A stretch of 64,000 nt of DNA. It comes from Okamejei kenojei (taxonomy: Eukaryota). The notes beneath the pieces were generated by a model. The model was not told the origin of the DNA, made no database searches, and saw nothing but the letters and a program-made list of their open reading frames with translations. Positions 1-12,148 of the stretch are shown here, piece after piece. A program made the position numbers and the translations under genes. The DNA lies in the NCBI GenBank assembly GCA_035221665.1, contig CM069133.1:59582001-59646000 (forward strand), written 5' to 3'. Positions within the stretch are counted from its first letter, which is position 1; each line of letters begins with the position of its first letter.

Positions 1-1912
1 ATGTAAAAAGAATCTTAAGAAAGAAATTAGGAAGGCTAAAAGAAGATATGAGGTTGCTTTGGCAAGAAAGGTGAAAGTAAACCCAAAGGGTTTCTACAGC
101 TATATTAATAGCAAAAGGATAACGAGGGATAAAATTGGACCGTTAGAGAACCAGAATGGACAGCTATCTGCAGAGCCAAAAGAGATGGGGGAGATATTGA
201 ACAATTTCTTTTCTTCGGTATTCACCAAGGAGAAGGATATTGAACTCTGTGAGTTAAGGGGAAAAAAGTAGAGTAGCTATGGAAACTATGAGATTCAAAG
301 AGGAGGAAGTACTGACACTTTTGAAAAATATAAAAGTGGATAAGTCTCCAGGTCCTGACAGGATATTCCCTAGGACATTGAGGGAAGTTAGTGTAGAAAT
401 AGCAGGAGCAATGACAGAAATATTTCAAATGTCATTAGAAACGGGAATAGTGCCGGAGGATTGGCGTACTGCGCATGTTGTTCCATTGTTTAAAAAGGGT
501 TCAAAGAATAAACCTAGCAATTATAGACCTATTAGTTTGACGTCAGTGGTGGGCAAATTAATGGAAAGGATACTTAGAGATAATATATATAAGCATCTGG
601 ATAAACAGGGTCTGATCAGGAAAAGTCAACATGGATTTGTGCCTGGAAGGTCATGTTTGACAAACCTTCTTGAATTTTTTGAAGCGGTAACTAGGGAAAT
701 TGATGAGGGTAAAGCAGTGGAAGTTGTCTATATGGATTTCAGTAAGGCCTTTGACAAGGTTCCCCATGGAAGGTTGGTTAAGAAGGTTCAATCTTTAGGA
801 GTTAATGGCGGAGTAGCAAGATGGATTCAACAGTGGCTGAATGGGAGATGTCAGAGTAATGGTGGATGGCTGTTTGTCAGGTTGGAAGCCGGTGACCAGT
901 GGGGTGCCTCAGGGATCTGTGTTGGGTCCACTGTTGTTTGTCATGTACATCAATGATCTGGATGATGGGGTGGAAAATTGGATAAGTAAGTATGCAGATG
1001 ATATAAGATAGATAATGAAGTAGATTTTCAAAGTCTACAGAGAGATTTGGGCCATTTGGAAAAGTGGGCTGAAAGATGGCAGATGGAGTTTAATGCTGTT
1101 AAGTGTGAAGTGCTACATCTTGGCAGGACAAATCAAAATAGGACGTACATGGTAAAATGGTAGGGAATTGAGGAATGCTGTGGAACAGATGGATCTAGGA
1201 ATAACTGTGCATAGTTCCCTGAAGGTGGAATCACATGTAGATAGGGTGGTAAAGAAAGCCTTTGGTGTGCTGGCCTTTATAAATCAGAGCATTGAATATA
1301 GGAGTAGGGAAGTAATGTTAAAATTGTACAAGGCATTGGTAAGAGCAATTCTGGAGTATGGTGTACAATTTTGGTCGCCTAGTTATAGGAAGGATGTCAA
1401 CAAAATAGAGAAGAGTACAGAGGAGATTTACTAGAATGTTTGCCTGGGTTCCAGCAACTATGTTACAGAGAAAAGTTGAACAAGTTAGGTCTTTATTCTT
1501 TGGAGCGCGGAAGGTTAAGGGGGGACTTGATTGAGGTCTTTAAAATGATGAAAGGGATAGACAGAGTTGACATGGATACGTTTTTTCCCATTGAGGGTAG
1601 GGAAGATTCAAACAAGAGGGCATGTCATGAGAATTAAGGGACAGAGTTTAGGGGTAACGTGAGGGGGAACTTCTTTACTCAGAGGGTGGTGGCTGTGTGG
1701 AATGAGCTTCCAGCAGAAGTGGTGGAGGCAGGATCGATTTTAACATTTAAAAGAAAAGTGGATAGGTATACGGACGTGAAGGGAATGGAGGGGTATGGTC
1801 TGAGTGCAGGTAGATGGGACTAGGGGAAAACAAATGGTCGGCACGGACTGGAAAGGCCGAGAGGGCCTGTTTCCGTGCTGTAATTGTTATATGGTTATAT
1901 GGTTATATGGTT
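1..1912 (+). mobile_element. CR1-clade LINE, 3' part (ORF2 RT with frameshifts, 3'UTR, tail)
   Basis: ORFs 279-956 (KSPGPD, NYRPISLTSVVGK, QHGF, YMDFSKAFDKVPH), 1168-1434 (LEYGVQFWSP) and 1440-1637 (RLRGDLIEVFK); ends in (TTATATGG)n at about 1886-1912. Confidence 0.95.
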
Positions 1913-4620
1913 TTCCTCATCTCGGTCCTAAAAGAATTCCCCCTTTTCCTTAGACTGTGACTCCTTGTTCTGGACCTCCCCAACATCGGGAACAATCTCC
2001 CTGCATCTAGCCTGTCCAACCCATTAAGAATTTTGTAAGTTTCTATAATATTCCCCCTCAGTTTTCTAAATTCTAGCGAGTGCAAGCCAAGTCTATCCAG
2101 TCTTTCCTCATATGAAAGTCCTGACATCCCAGGAATCAGTCTGGTAAACCTTCTCTGTACCCCTTCTATGGCAAGAATGTCTTTTCTCAGATTTGGAGAC
2201 CAAAACTGTACGCAATACTCCAGGTGTGGTCTCACCAAAACCCTGTACAACTGCAGTAGTACCTCCCTGCTCCTATACGCAAATCCTTTCGTTTTGAATG
2301 CTAAGATACCACTTGCTTTCTTCATAGCCTGCTGCACCTACATGCCTACTTTCAATGATTGGTGTGCCATGACACCCAGGTCTAGTTGCATCTCCCCTTT
2401 TCCTAATTTGCCAACATTAAGATAATAGTCTACCCTCCTGTTTTTACCACCAGTGGATAACCTCACATTTAATCACATTATACTGCATCGGCCATGCATT
2501 TGCCCACTCACCCAGCCTATCCAAGTCACCTTGTAGCCTCCTAGCATCCTCCTCACACCTAACACTACCTCCCAGCTTAGTGTCATCCGCAAACATGGAG
2601 ATGTTGCATTCAATTCCCTCGTCCAAATCATTAATATATATTGTAAATAGCTGGGGTCCCAGCACTGAGCCTTGCGGAAGCCGACTAGCCACTGCCTGCC
2701 ATTCTGAAAAGGACCCGTTTACTCCTACGCTTTGCTTCCTGTCTGCCAGCCAGTTTTCTATCCACATCAATACTGAACCGCCAATACCATGTGCTTTAAG
2801 TTTGTATACTAATCTCTTATGTGGGACCTTGTCGAAGGCCTTCTGAAAGTCTAAATATAACACATCCACTGGTTCTCCGTTACCCACTCTGCTAGTTACA
2901 TCCTCGAAAAATTCTATAAAATTCGTCAGACATGATTTACCTTTCGTAAATCCATGCTGACTTTGTCTAATGATTTCACCACTTTCCAAATGTACTGCTA
3001 TTCCATATTTAATAACTGGCTCTAGCAGTTTCCCCACTACCGATGTTAGACTAACTGGTCTGTAATTCCCAGTTTTCTCTCTCTCCCCTGCTATTTCCGG
3101 CAGATTATTTATATCTTTCTTAGTGAAGACAGAACCAAAGAAGTTATTGAATTGGTCTGCCTTGTCCTTGTTCCCCATGATCAATTCATCTGTTTCTGAC
3201 TGCAAGGGACCTACATTTGTTTTGACTAATCTCTTTCTCTTCACATAACTATAAAAACTTTTGCAGTCAGTTTTTATGTTCCCTGCCAGTTTTCTTTCAT
3301 AATCTATTTTGCTTTTCCTAATTAAGCCCTTTGTCCTCCTCTGCTGAACTCTGAATTTCTCCCAGTCCTCTGGTAGGCTGCTTTTTCTGGCTAATTTGTA
3401 TGCTTCATCTTTTGTTTTTATACTATCCCTGATTTCCCTTGTTATCCATGGATGCACTACGTGCCCCGATTTATTATTATGCCAAACTGGGATGAACAAT
3501 TGTTGTAGTTCATCCATGCAGTCTTTAAATACCTTCCATTGCACATCCACTGTCAACCCTTTAAGAATCACTTTCCAGTCTATCTTGGCCAATTCATTTC
3601 TCATACCTTCAAAGTTACCTTTGTTTAAGTTCAGAACCCTTGTTTCTGACTTAATTATGTCACTCTCCATCCTAATGAAGAACTCAACCATATTATGGTC
3701 ACTCTTGCCCAAGGGCCCCTGCACAACAAGACTGCTAACTAACCCTTCCTCAATACCCAGTCTAGAATAGCCTGCTCTCTCGTTGGTTCCTCTACATGTT
3801 GGTTTAGAAAACTTTCCCGCACACATTCCAAGAAATCTTCTTCCTCAGCACCCCTGCCCATTTGATTCACCCAATCTATATGTTGATTGTAGTCGCCCAT
3901 TATAACTGTTTTACCCTTGTTGCACGCATTTCTAATTTCCTGTTTGATGCCATCCCCAACTCTACTATTACTGTTAGGTGGCCTGTACACAACTCCCACT
4001 AGCGTTTTCTGCCCCTTAGAGTTTTGCAGCTCTACCCATATCGATTCCACATCCTCCAAGCTAATGTCCTTCCTTTCTATTGCATTAATCTCCTCTCTCA
4101 CCAGCAACGCTACCTCACCTCCCTTTCCTTTCTGTCTATCCCTCCTGAATATTGAATATCCCTGGATGTTCAGCTCCCAGCCTTGGTCCCCCTGGAGCCA
4201 TGTCTCTGTGATCCCAACTATAGCATAGTCATTAATAGCTATCGGCACATTCAACTCGTCCACCTTATTACGAATGCTCCTTGCATTGAGACACAAAGCC
4301 TTCAGGCTTGTTTTTACAACACTCTTACTCCTTATACAATTATGTTGACAAGTGGTCCCTTTTGATTTTTGCCCTGGAAACCCACAACCTCTTATTCTCT
4401 GTTTATTATTTTTTTTCTTCTTTCCCCCCCTACATGTTGGGTCTGAGTGCTTCCCTTCTCTGCCTCCTGCCTCAGACCCTGCCTACTGGCTTTCTCTATT
4501 TGAGTCCCTCCCCCCAACCGCTCTAGTTTAAAGTCCCCCCGGTAGCCTTTTCAAATTTCCCTGCCAGGATACTAGTCCCCCTCGGGTTCAAGTGCAACCC
4601 GTCCTTTTTATACAGGTTAC
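1913..4620 (-). mobile_element. CR1-clade LINE: end of ORF1 esterase, AP endonuclease and RT; internally deleted
   Basis: ORF 3739-4296 endonuclease (NARSIRNK, GITETWL, YRPP, MGDYN); ORF 2444-3826 RT ([12 protein letters not shown]); ORF 1903-2337 C-terminus; 4523-4620 DGLHLNPRG is an SGNH-esterase-like ORF1 end. Confidence 0.95.
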
Positions 4621-4891
4621 CATGGACGAGAGAGAAATATAATTGTGTAAGGCAATTAATGAAAATAAAAGGAAACTTATTATATTGGTACATAACAATA
4701 TAACAATTTAACTTCAAACATTCATGGATATTATGAGTTTAAGAATCCTGCCCTCAGCCAGAATCTTTATAAAAAATACAGTTTTGTGTTGACAGTTGCT
4801 GCAATATTATAACTCATTTTAAGAATGTTTAAAAAAAAAAAATCGAATGAATTTTAACAACCCCTGATTTGTATCTAAGTCAAGGCACTTA

Positions 4892-5469
4892 AGGGCCTGT
4901 CCCACATAGGCGACATTTTAGGCGAGTGCAGGAGACTCTGCGCTCACCTCATGGTCGCCACATGTTTGCTAGTGGTCTCTGGTGAGTCTCCTTCATGGTC
5001 GAGAGGAGTTCCTGCATTCTGGGAATTAGTCGTGGCCTCAGTATGGTTGTAAGTTTATGTAGTGTTTATGTAGTTATGGTTAGTCGTAGGTAGTATTAGT
5101 TAATCTCCTTTGCTGACCAGGCATTTTCATTATTGGGGGAAATTGGGGGGAAAAAAAACCGCTGACTACTCTCCAAACTAGTTTTCAGAACCAAGGATAA
5201 TAGTTAATGGTAATGTTAAATGCCCGCTAAACATCACAGCTGTGTATCTCTGGCTTATTAAAAGTTGTCTGGCTTCTTAAAACTGTCTCCATTCCTTCTC
5301 TCCCCCCCTACTTCTCCCCCCTACTACCCCCCTCTTTTAAAGGACTTGCCGTACACTGTACTAGACATCTTAACCTTCCTGTTCATCGCGATGTTTGTCT
5401 GTATAACCTTGGCTCTGCACCGTGTGAATTTCAGACAGCGCTCCCCGGTTTCCCTGGCCCCGCCTTTGG

Positions 5470-5512
<43 letters not shown>

Positions 5513-5603
5513 CCACTCTGACACTCGCCATTCCAGTTCCCGTTTTCAACGAGTGCCGTGAACTTGACAGTCCGCTGAAAAATCGCCCAAGTGGGACAGC
5601 CCT
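4892..5603. mobile_element. Non-autonomous TIR element (PIF/Harbinger-like MITE)
   Basis: Left end AGGGCCTGTCCCACATAGGCGA and right end TCGCCCAAGTGGGACAGCCCT are inverted repeats; TTA flanks both ends (4889-4891, 5604-5606). Confidence 0.8.
5471..5510. repeat. (TG)n microsatellite inside the MITE
   Basis: Read directly from the sequence. Confidence 0.95.
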
Positions 5604-6276
5604 TTATTTGGGCCAGAATTAAATTATACAACTATATGTTTTGGCTTATAATTAAGAACTGACCACTGCAGATTTTATTTGAAATATTCTAAATGCATAA
5701 AGGTGATTAATTTGAGTACACAGAGTTGACATTTCTGTTAAAAATGAAGCTGCATAATGTTAATTCAGCACGTTGACCTACCAATGAAGTATCAATGCAA
5801 TTTGTATCAAATAGGTCAACTTTATTTTCATGGGTCAATAAGTCAATTAAAACAGCAAGCAAACAAGTACCATTTAACCCTGGGTCAAAGTCATTTCCAA
5901 ACACTTCTTTTGTTTTGTAATCTATTAGCATCAAATGTGCATTCTCAATGCAAAAACTGAAATAAACAAAATTGTACCAAATGGTTTGGAGCAAAACAGT
6001 CTGCTGTTTCTTATGTCTTCATTGGGTAAAACCTGTTTTGAAACAGAAACAAAAGAGTTTTGTCTCTTAATGGTTGAAATCTGTGGATGATATCCAGATC
6101 GTGAATATGAACATGACAAACTCAATGAAATGGTTCAATGCAGTGATGTGAATAGGTGATAACAATTTGAAAGACTGCATCCCATTTTTCATGAGGTTTA
6201 TTTTGTTTATTGAGAAAAAAAAGTCTCACAATTATATAAATCCTTTAATGACATCCTCACACAAGTATTTTTGAAG

Positions 6277-6371
6277 ATAGATTCAAAAAGCTGGAGTAAC
6301 TCAGCGGGACAGGCAGCATCTCTGGAGAGAAGGAATGGGTGACGTTTCAGGTCAAGACCCTTCTTCAGACT
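6277..6371 (-). mobile_element. Short Penelope-derived element with hammerhead core
   Basis: Similar to the 3' terminal region of the GIY-YIG element at 11013-12148; flanked by direct repeat TTTTTGAAG (6268-6276, 6372-6380). Confidence 0.75.
6341..6368 (-). ncRNA. Minimal type I hammerhead ribozyme-like motif
   Basis: Reverse complement CTGAAGA-AGGGTCTTGACCT-GAAACGTC: CUGANGA box, stem II, GAAAC and GUC cleavage triplet. Confidence 0.6.
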
Positions 6372-6744
6372 TTTTTGAAGTTGGATCTTTAATGTAAAGC
6401 AAGATCACACATAATGTTTTGGTCTCTGTCTGTGGGATACATATTAGTTGAGATACCAGGGATAACTCTGTCGGTCTTTCCCAAACAAACATCATTGCAT
6501 CTTTAGTATCTATCCAAGTGAACAGATAGGGGGTTGGGTTAAATCTCATTCAAAGGATTTCACCTGCAATGGGGTAACACTGTTCCCGGACTGCCAAGAT
6601 GTTTTGTGTTGCTGTCCCTAAAGTGGAAATTAAACTCAAACCTGTGTCACAAAGGGAAGGTTATGCTGCCAAGTGAGCCACTGATCAGATAGACTTCCTT
6701 GACAATAAAAGTAAAACCAATCAACTTGTTTGCTATCACCTAAG

Positions 6745-7028
6745 GCGGCACAACAGTAGAATTGCTGCCTTACAGCAATTGCAGCACCAGAGACTTAGGT
6801 TTAATACCGACTACTGGTGCAGCCTGTACAGAGTTTGTGCGTTCTCTCTGTGACCTCAAGGGTTTTTCTCTGAGATCTTCGGTTTCCCCCCACACTCCAA
6901 AGACATAAAGGTTTGTAAGTTAATTGGCTTGGTGTAAATATAAAATTGTTCATAGTGTGTGTAGGATAGTGTTAATGAGTGGGGATTGCTGGTCGGTACT
7001 GACACGTGGGCTGAAGGGCCTGTTTCCA
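6745..7028 (+). mobile_element. tRNA-derived V-SINE (HE1-like)
   Basis: tRNA-like head; core GAGTTTGTGCGTTCTC...GGTTTCCCCCCACACTCCAAAGAC; CR1-like tail GAAGGGCCTGTTTCC followed by (CTAAA)n. Confidence 0.8.
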
Positions 7029-7265
7029 CACTGTCTCTAAACTAAACTGGCAAGATTAATTAACATCATAATTCCCTCACACTTCCATCCATGCAGCCAC
7101 CCACCTCCTCTCTGGAGAAAGGCTTACACAGGCAGTTGGTTGATCTTGTCTCTGCATGCTTCATTGTCACCTTTACCTAACTAATAATGATCTATTCAAC
7201 ATTTTCCTTGAACTTCATCGTGTTCTCACACATTACACTTCCTTATCTCTGTAGGGAGAGAGGGA

Positions 7266-7465
7266 GACCTAGTCCCATCTACCTGCATTCAGACCATAAC
7301 CCTCCATTCCTTTCCCGTCCATATACCTATCCAATTTATTTTTAAATAATAAAATCAAACCTGCCTCCACAACTTCCACTGGATTCCACACAGCTACCAC
7401 TCTCTGAGTAAAGATGTTCCCCCTCATGTTATCCCTAAACTTTTGTCCCTCAATTCTCAAATCTA
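7266..7465 (-). mobile_element. CR1 3' fragment
   Basis: ORF 7269-7460 (RGNIFTQRVVAVWN) resembles 1630-1825. Confidence 0.85.
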
Positions 7466-7534
7466 TTTCTCACTCCTCTCTCATTCGCTCCCTTCCCCAA
7501 TCTCTCTCGCTCATTACCTCCTTTCTATCTTTGA

Positions 7535-7587
<53 letters not shown>

Positions 7588-7800
7588 CATTCTTTCCCTT
7601 TCCTCCAGTCTCTCCCTCCTTACCTCCTCTTTCTCTTCCTTTTCCTCTTTCTTCCCTTATCAATTCCCTCTCCCTTACCTGCTTTTCCCTTAGCTTCTTT
7701 CTTTCTCACCCCCCCTCCCTCCACCCCCCTCTCCATTTGCCCTCTTTCTCTTTCTACCCCCTCTCCTCTATCTCTCCCGTTTCTCTTTTTCCTCTTTGTC
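7466..7800. repeat. Polypyrimidine low-complexity tract with (CT)n at about 7538-7584
   Basis: Read directly from the sequence. Confidence 0.9.
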
Positions 7801-7825
7801 TCTGCTTATTCTGTTGATCTTTTGT

Positions 7826-7954
7826 CAACACAAAATGCTGGAGTAACTCAATGGGACAGACAGCATCTCTGGATAGAAGGAATGAGGTTCAGATTTTGTC
7901 CAGCATTTTATCTCTATCTTCAGTATAAACCAGCATCACTAGTTCCTTCCTACA
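7826..7954. mobile_element. Short inverted-end Penelope-derived element
   Basis: ACACAAAATGCTGGA ... TCCAGCATTTT inverted arms; flanking direct repeat CTGTTGA(AA)TCTTTTGT (7811-7825, 7955-7971). Confidence 0.7.
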
Positions 7955-8602
7955 CTGTTGAAATCTTTTGTTTTAATATTAGATCCCTGTCAGATCTCTT
8001 TACAAATAAATATAAACTCGGAGTTCTACCATTATCCTTGCCTGCACCTTCTTCAGTTCTCCATACTTCCACATCTTGGCAACCATATGCTGTATTCCAA
8101 TGTTATGTTATTATTTGATATGTTCCACAAATATCTTCTGCTTTATTGCTCCATGAGTTTCATACAACCTTTTCAGTTGGTATTTTAAAACAATTACGAA
8201 GCAGTGAATAAGGTGCAAAAGTCTATTCCTGTAATTATCATCATGTGCATTCAATAGGTGTGCCATTAGCTTATTAACTTAATACCATGATAGGAGTTTT
8301 CTAAACATGATTAACACCTTGGACCAACAAAAGAAACATAATTATTGTAGCTCCTTTTCACTTGAATTATTCAACACTTTAATACAATAAACACCCTAAT
8401 ATGTTTCTTCTTGCTTTCACGAGTTTGTTGTAATCAAGGAAAGCCTTATTCCAAGAATAAATTGTGTATTTGCTGTAGAGTCCATTAGAACCTCCGAGTA
8501 TTCAAACCTAAACTGCTATTTTTCAAGGAGGTTTATTATGTGGAGACACCACAGTTATTTCTGCAACATGTAGATGCACTTTATGGCACTCTATATCAAA
8601 GA

Positions 8603-9865
8603 ATTCGGTATTCCGACTGTGCATGTCCAGGTCATAGGTCACTCGCGATAAACATTCTCAGCAGCTGTGCTGCTGCATGTGTGCAGGCCTGTGTTTGGGT
8701 TGGGCCCGGTCTCCGGTACTGCAGGCACTGTTGAGTTGTTGCTGGGCTATCCCCGTCCCCTCCTGCATGTCCAGTCCCTGTCCTGGTATGGCCGGACGTG
8801 TCTGGGGTGGCCTTGGGCTAGCGGGGCACTGGGCCGGGGCAGTGGAGGCCCTGGACATACAGCCAGCACAGGGGGAAGGCGCTGGCTCCAGCTCGGCTCT
8901 GCCTTTCCCGCCAGGTTGGCCAGCAGCTCTGGACTGGCGGGATGTCTGCCTGGAGCGAGTGCGGCCCCGGGCTGGCAGGCGGCATGAAGGGGGGCGCTGG
9001 TACTTGCTCTGCTCCAGCTCCCGGGGGGCCCGTTCCCCAGCGGGCCGGGGACCGTTGGCTGCGTCTCCAGCCTTGTCCAGTGGCTGTCGGTTGGCCCCCT
9101 CGGTGCCAGCGGGGGCTGAGTGTCGGTCATCGGCGGGCCAGGCAACATCTCTGGAGAAGGAACGTCACCTATTCCTTTTCTCTAGGGATGCTGCCTGTCC
9201 CGCTGAGTTGCTGCGGTGTTTTGTGTGTCCCTGTTGATGGCTAGTGCTCGGCTTTCCCCTGCGCTGGGGGGGTTGGCCGGCGGCAGCTGGGTGGGGTGGG
9301 GGGTCTAGCTGGCGGTCCCTGGCCCATCGGGAGAGGATTCCTCTGGAGTTGGAGCAGGGTTGGGATGGAGTTGCCGTTTCTTCTCCGCGCTGGCCATGGG
9401 CCTAGGGCCGCAGCTGCTTCGGGCCGCTGTTCCTTCGGTCTCAGGTCGCCCCGGACATCTCCGGCCACCCCCCCTGGGTGGGGAAAGGATATTCGGGTAG
9501 TGGAGGGGGACACACCGGGACGGTCCAGTGGCGAAACGGTAGCGCTTGTGGCACCGGGAACCTGGGTTCAATGCTGGCTGCGGATGAGACATGGGTCTGT
9601 GTGCATGCAGCAGTGCAGCTGCTGTGAATGTCTCTACGCCGGTCCAGTCTCTCCCCCTGTCTCCCACTCGCATCTGCCCCCTCTCATCCCGCTCTCCCAC
9701 TGCCTGGCACCCCGTTCTTCAGATTAAATATATTTTTACACATAAATTATGAATAAGGATAAGAATCTATACATAGTATATGCAGCCAGCGCTGTTCGCT
9801 TTTTTCTTTATCGCGAATGACCTTTGACAAATCCCATGATTCCTTGCGTTTTTCAAAATACCGAA
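8603..9865. mobile_element. GC-rich element bounded by inverted repeats (unclassified non-autonomous DNA transposon)
   Basis: TCATAGGTCACTCGCGATAAA (8632-8652) versus TTTATCGCGAATGACCTTTGA (9807-9827); outer pair TTCGGTATT (8603) / AATACCGAA (9857-9865); CpG-rich interior. Confidence 0.6.
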
Positions 9866-11012
9866 CTGGCTTATTGGGAATGTTTGGAATTTTGTTTAGA
9901 GTTACCATGATTTGATACAATTATGTAATTATGTTCTTGGTGCAACTAGCTTGTGTGCTGGCTGTCTTTAAGCACTTAGAGCTTCTATTAGAGTCATGAA
10001 CCCACTCCTACTGAATGTTATTACATTAGCAGTATTTCATAATTCTTCTCGGTAAACAGCCAACCACCATATTATGGCTGCTTGGAGAACACAAAATCAT
10101 CTTAATAGAATTCAAAAATCACTGCTCAAAATTTGAGACATGGAAAAAAGATATATTTAATGGAATTTATATTTAAAAAAATAAATAACCACAACACTTC
10201 TATTATCAACGTGGTTCCTGATGTGTGTGCAGATTATGCAGTTTCACATTTTAGAAAATCCCAGTATGGACTATTTTAGGGAAATGCAATAGTTGCAACC
10301 TGAGAGTTGCTGGTACTTTATTTGAACTGATGCTGTGTAGCACACAGTGAGTGAGAGAATGTTATGCTATTAGATTGCATTGATCAAAATTGACATTGTC
10401 AATATGGGCTCACTTGTGCAAACAGTGAACTTTCATTCGCATTTTCCATTACATCGTCATTTCTATGACATTCGATTATCTGATACACTTTATACCTCCA
10501 TTAACTGTTTGCTCTGTTTAGGCTTCTGTGACTCAGTCTGTTGTTCTTCCCCTTCTTCTGCCTTTTTTTTAAAATTTTCCTTCTTACTCTTTAACTTAAT
10601 TTTCTTCCCTCAATTTTCTTTCTATTTTTTCCCTTCTCTTTTCAGCCAGGAATTAGGGAGTTAGATTATATGTGGGGGGGGGGGGGGAGGAATGCTGTCA
10701 CCAATAGGTTAGGATTCTGCATGGAGTGTCTTTGCCTATATCCTCTCACTGAGCATACATACTTCTCCATTATCACTGTCTCCAATCTATGCATTTTCTT
10801 GCCATCATTTATCAACTACTTGTTCTCCAAATTATTGCCCTAACATATTTAGGGCAGCATAGTGGTGGATTTGCTGTCTTACAGCACCCAGAGATCCTTT
10901 CTACAGGTGCTGTCTGTATGAAGTTTGTACGTTCTCCCAGTGACCACATAGGTTTTCTCCGGGTGCTTCGGTTTCCTCTCGCTCTCCAAAGATGTACAAG
11001 GTAGTAGGTTAA

Positions 11013-12148
11013 AGAAGGAACTGCAGATGCTGGAAAATCAAGGGTACACAAAATGCTGGAGAAACTCAGCGGGTGCAGCAGCATCTATGGAGCGAAGGAG
11101 ATAGGCAATGTTTTGGGCCAAAACCGTTCTTCAGACTAGTGGGGGGAAGAACGGAAAAAGGAGAAGGAGGAGCCCGAGGGCTGAGGGAGAGGTAGGAAGG
11201 GGAGGAGACATCAAGGGTTAACAGAATTGAGAGAATTCAATGTTCATGCCAAGAGCATGCAGACTCCCCAAGCTCCACACCAGGGAATCACAAATGTCCT
11301 CATTCTTCAGAGAACGGGGATTCCCCAACCCACTATAGATGAGGCTCGCACGAGGGTCTCCTCCGTACCCCATAACACTGCCCTCTCCCCATCCCCCCCC
11401 CCAGACGCAACAAGGGCAGAGCCCCGTGGTCCTTATATTTCACCCCACCACTCGCCACATCTTCCCATCTCCCCCCCGTCTGCCTTCCACAAAGACCACT
11501 CCCTCCGCAACTCCCTTCTCAATTCTTTCCTTCCCTCCTGCTCCACCCCTTCCTCGGGCACTCCCCCTTGCAACCGCAAGAGATGCTACATTTGTCACTT
11601 TACCTCCCCCCTCCACTCCATTCAAGGACCCAAGCAGTCATTCCAGGTCCGACAGAGGTTCACCTGCACCTCCTCCAACCTCATCTATGGCATCTGCTGC
11701 TCTAGATGTCAACCAATCTACATCGGTGAGACCAAGCGGAGGCTTGGCGATCGTTTCGCCGAACACCTCAGCTCGGTCCGCAATAACCAACCCGACCTCC
11801 CGGATCAGCACTTCAACTTCCCCTCCCATTCCATATCCAACCTCTCTGTCCTGGGCCTCCTCCACGGCCAGAGTGTGCAACACTGCAAATTGGAGGAACA
11901 GCACCTCATATTCCGCTTGGGGAGTCTGCATCCTCTTGACATGAACATTGAATTCTCTCAATTCTGTTAACCCTTGCTGTCTCCTCCCCTTCCTACCTCA
12001 CTCTCGTCCCTCCTTTTTCCTTTCTTCTCCCCGCTTCCCCCCCACCCCCATCAGTCTGAAGAAGGGCTTTGGCCCGAAACGTCGCCTATCTCCTTCACTC
12101 CATAGATGCTGCTGCACCCACTGAGTTTCTCCAGCATTTTGTGTACCC
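11013..12148 (+). mobile_element. Penelope-like element fragment (GIY-YIG endonuclease) with inverted terminal copy
   Basis: ORF 11227-11970: CNRKRCYIC, FTCTSSNLIYGICC, IYIGETKRRLGDRFAEH, LGSLHP..MN; 11042-11270 is the inverted copy of the 3' end; TSD AAGGTAGTAG(G/T)TTAA. Confidence 0.9.
12056..12083 (+). ncRNA. Minimal hammerhead ribozyme-like motif in the PLE 3' repeat
   Basis: CTGAAGA-AGGGCTTTGGCCC-GAAACGTC, on the same strand as and downstream of the GIY-YIG ORF. Confidence 0.65.

Noticed and set aside
7414-8118. 234 aa ORF
   Set aside because: Translation of a CT-rich low-complexity tract plus a PLE fragment; S/L/P-biased
8658-9727. Cluster of overlapping ORFs on both strands
   Set aside because: Expected from stop-poor GC-rich DNA; no recognisable domain
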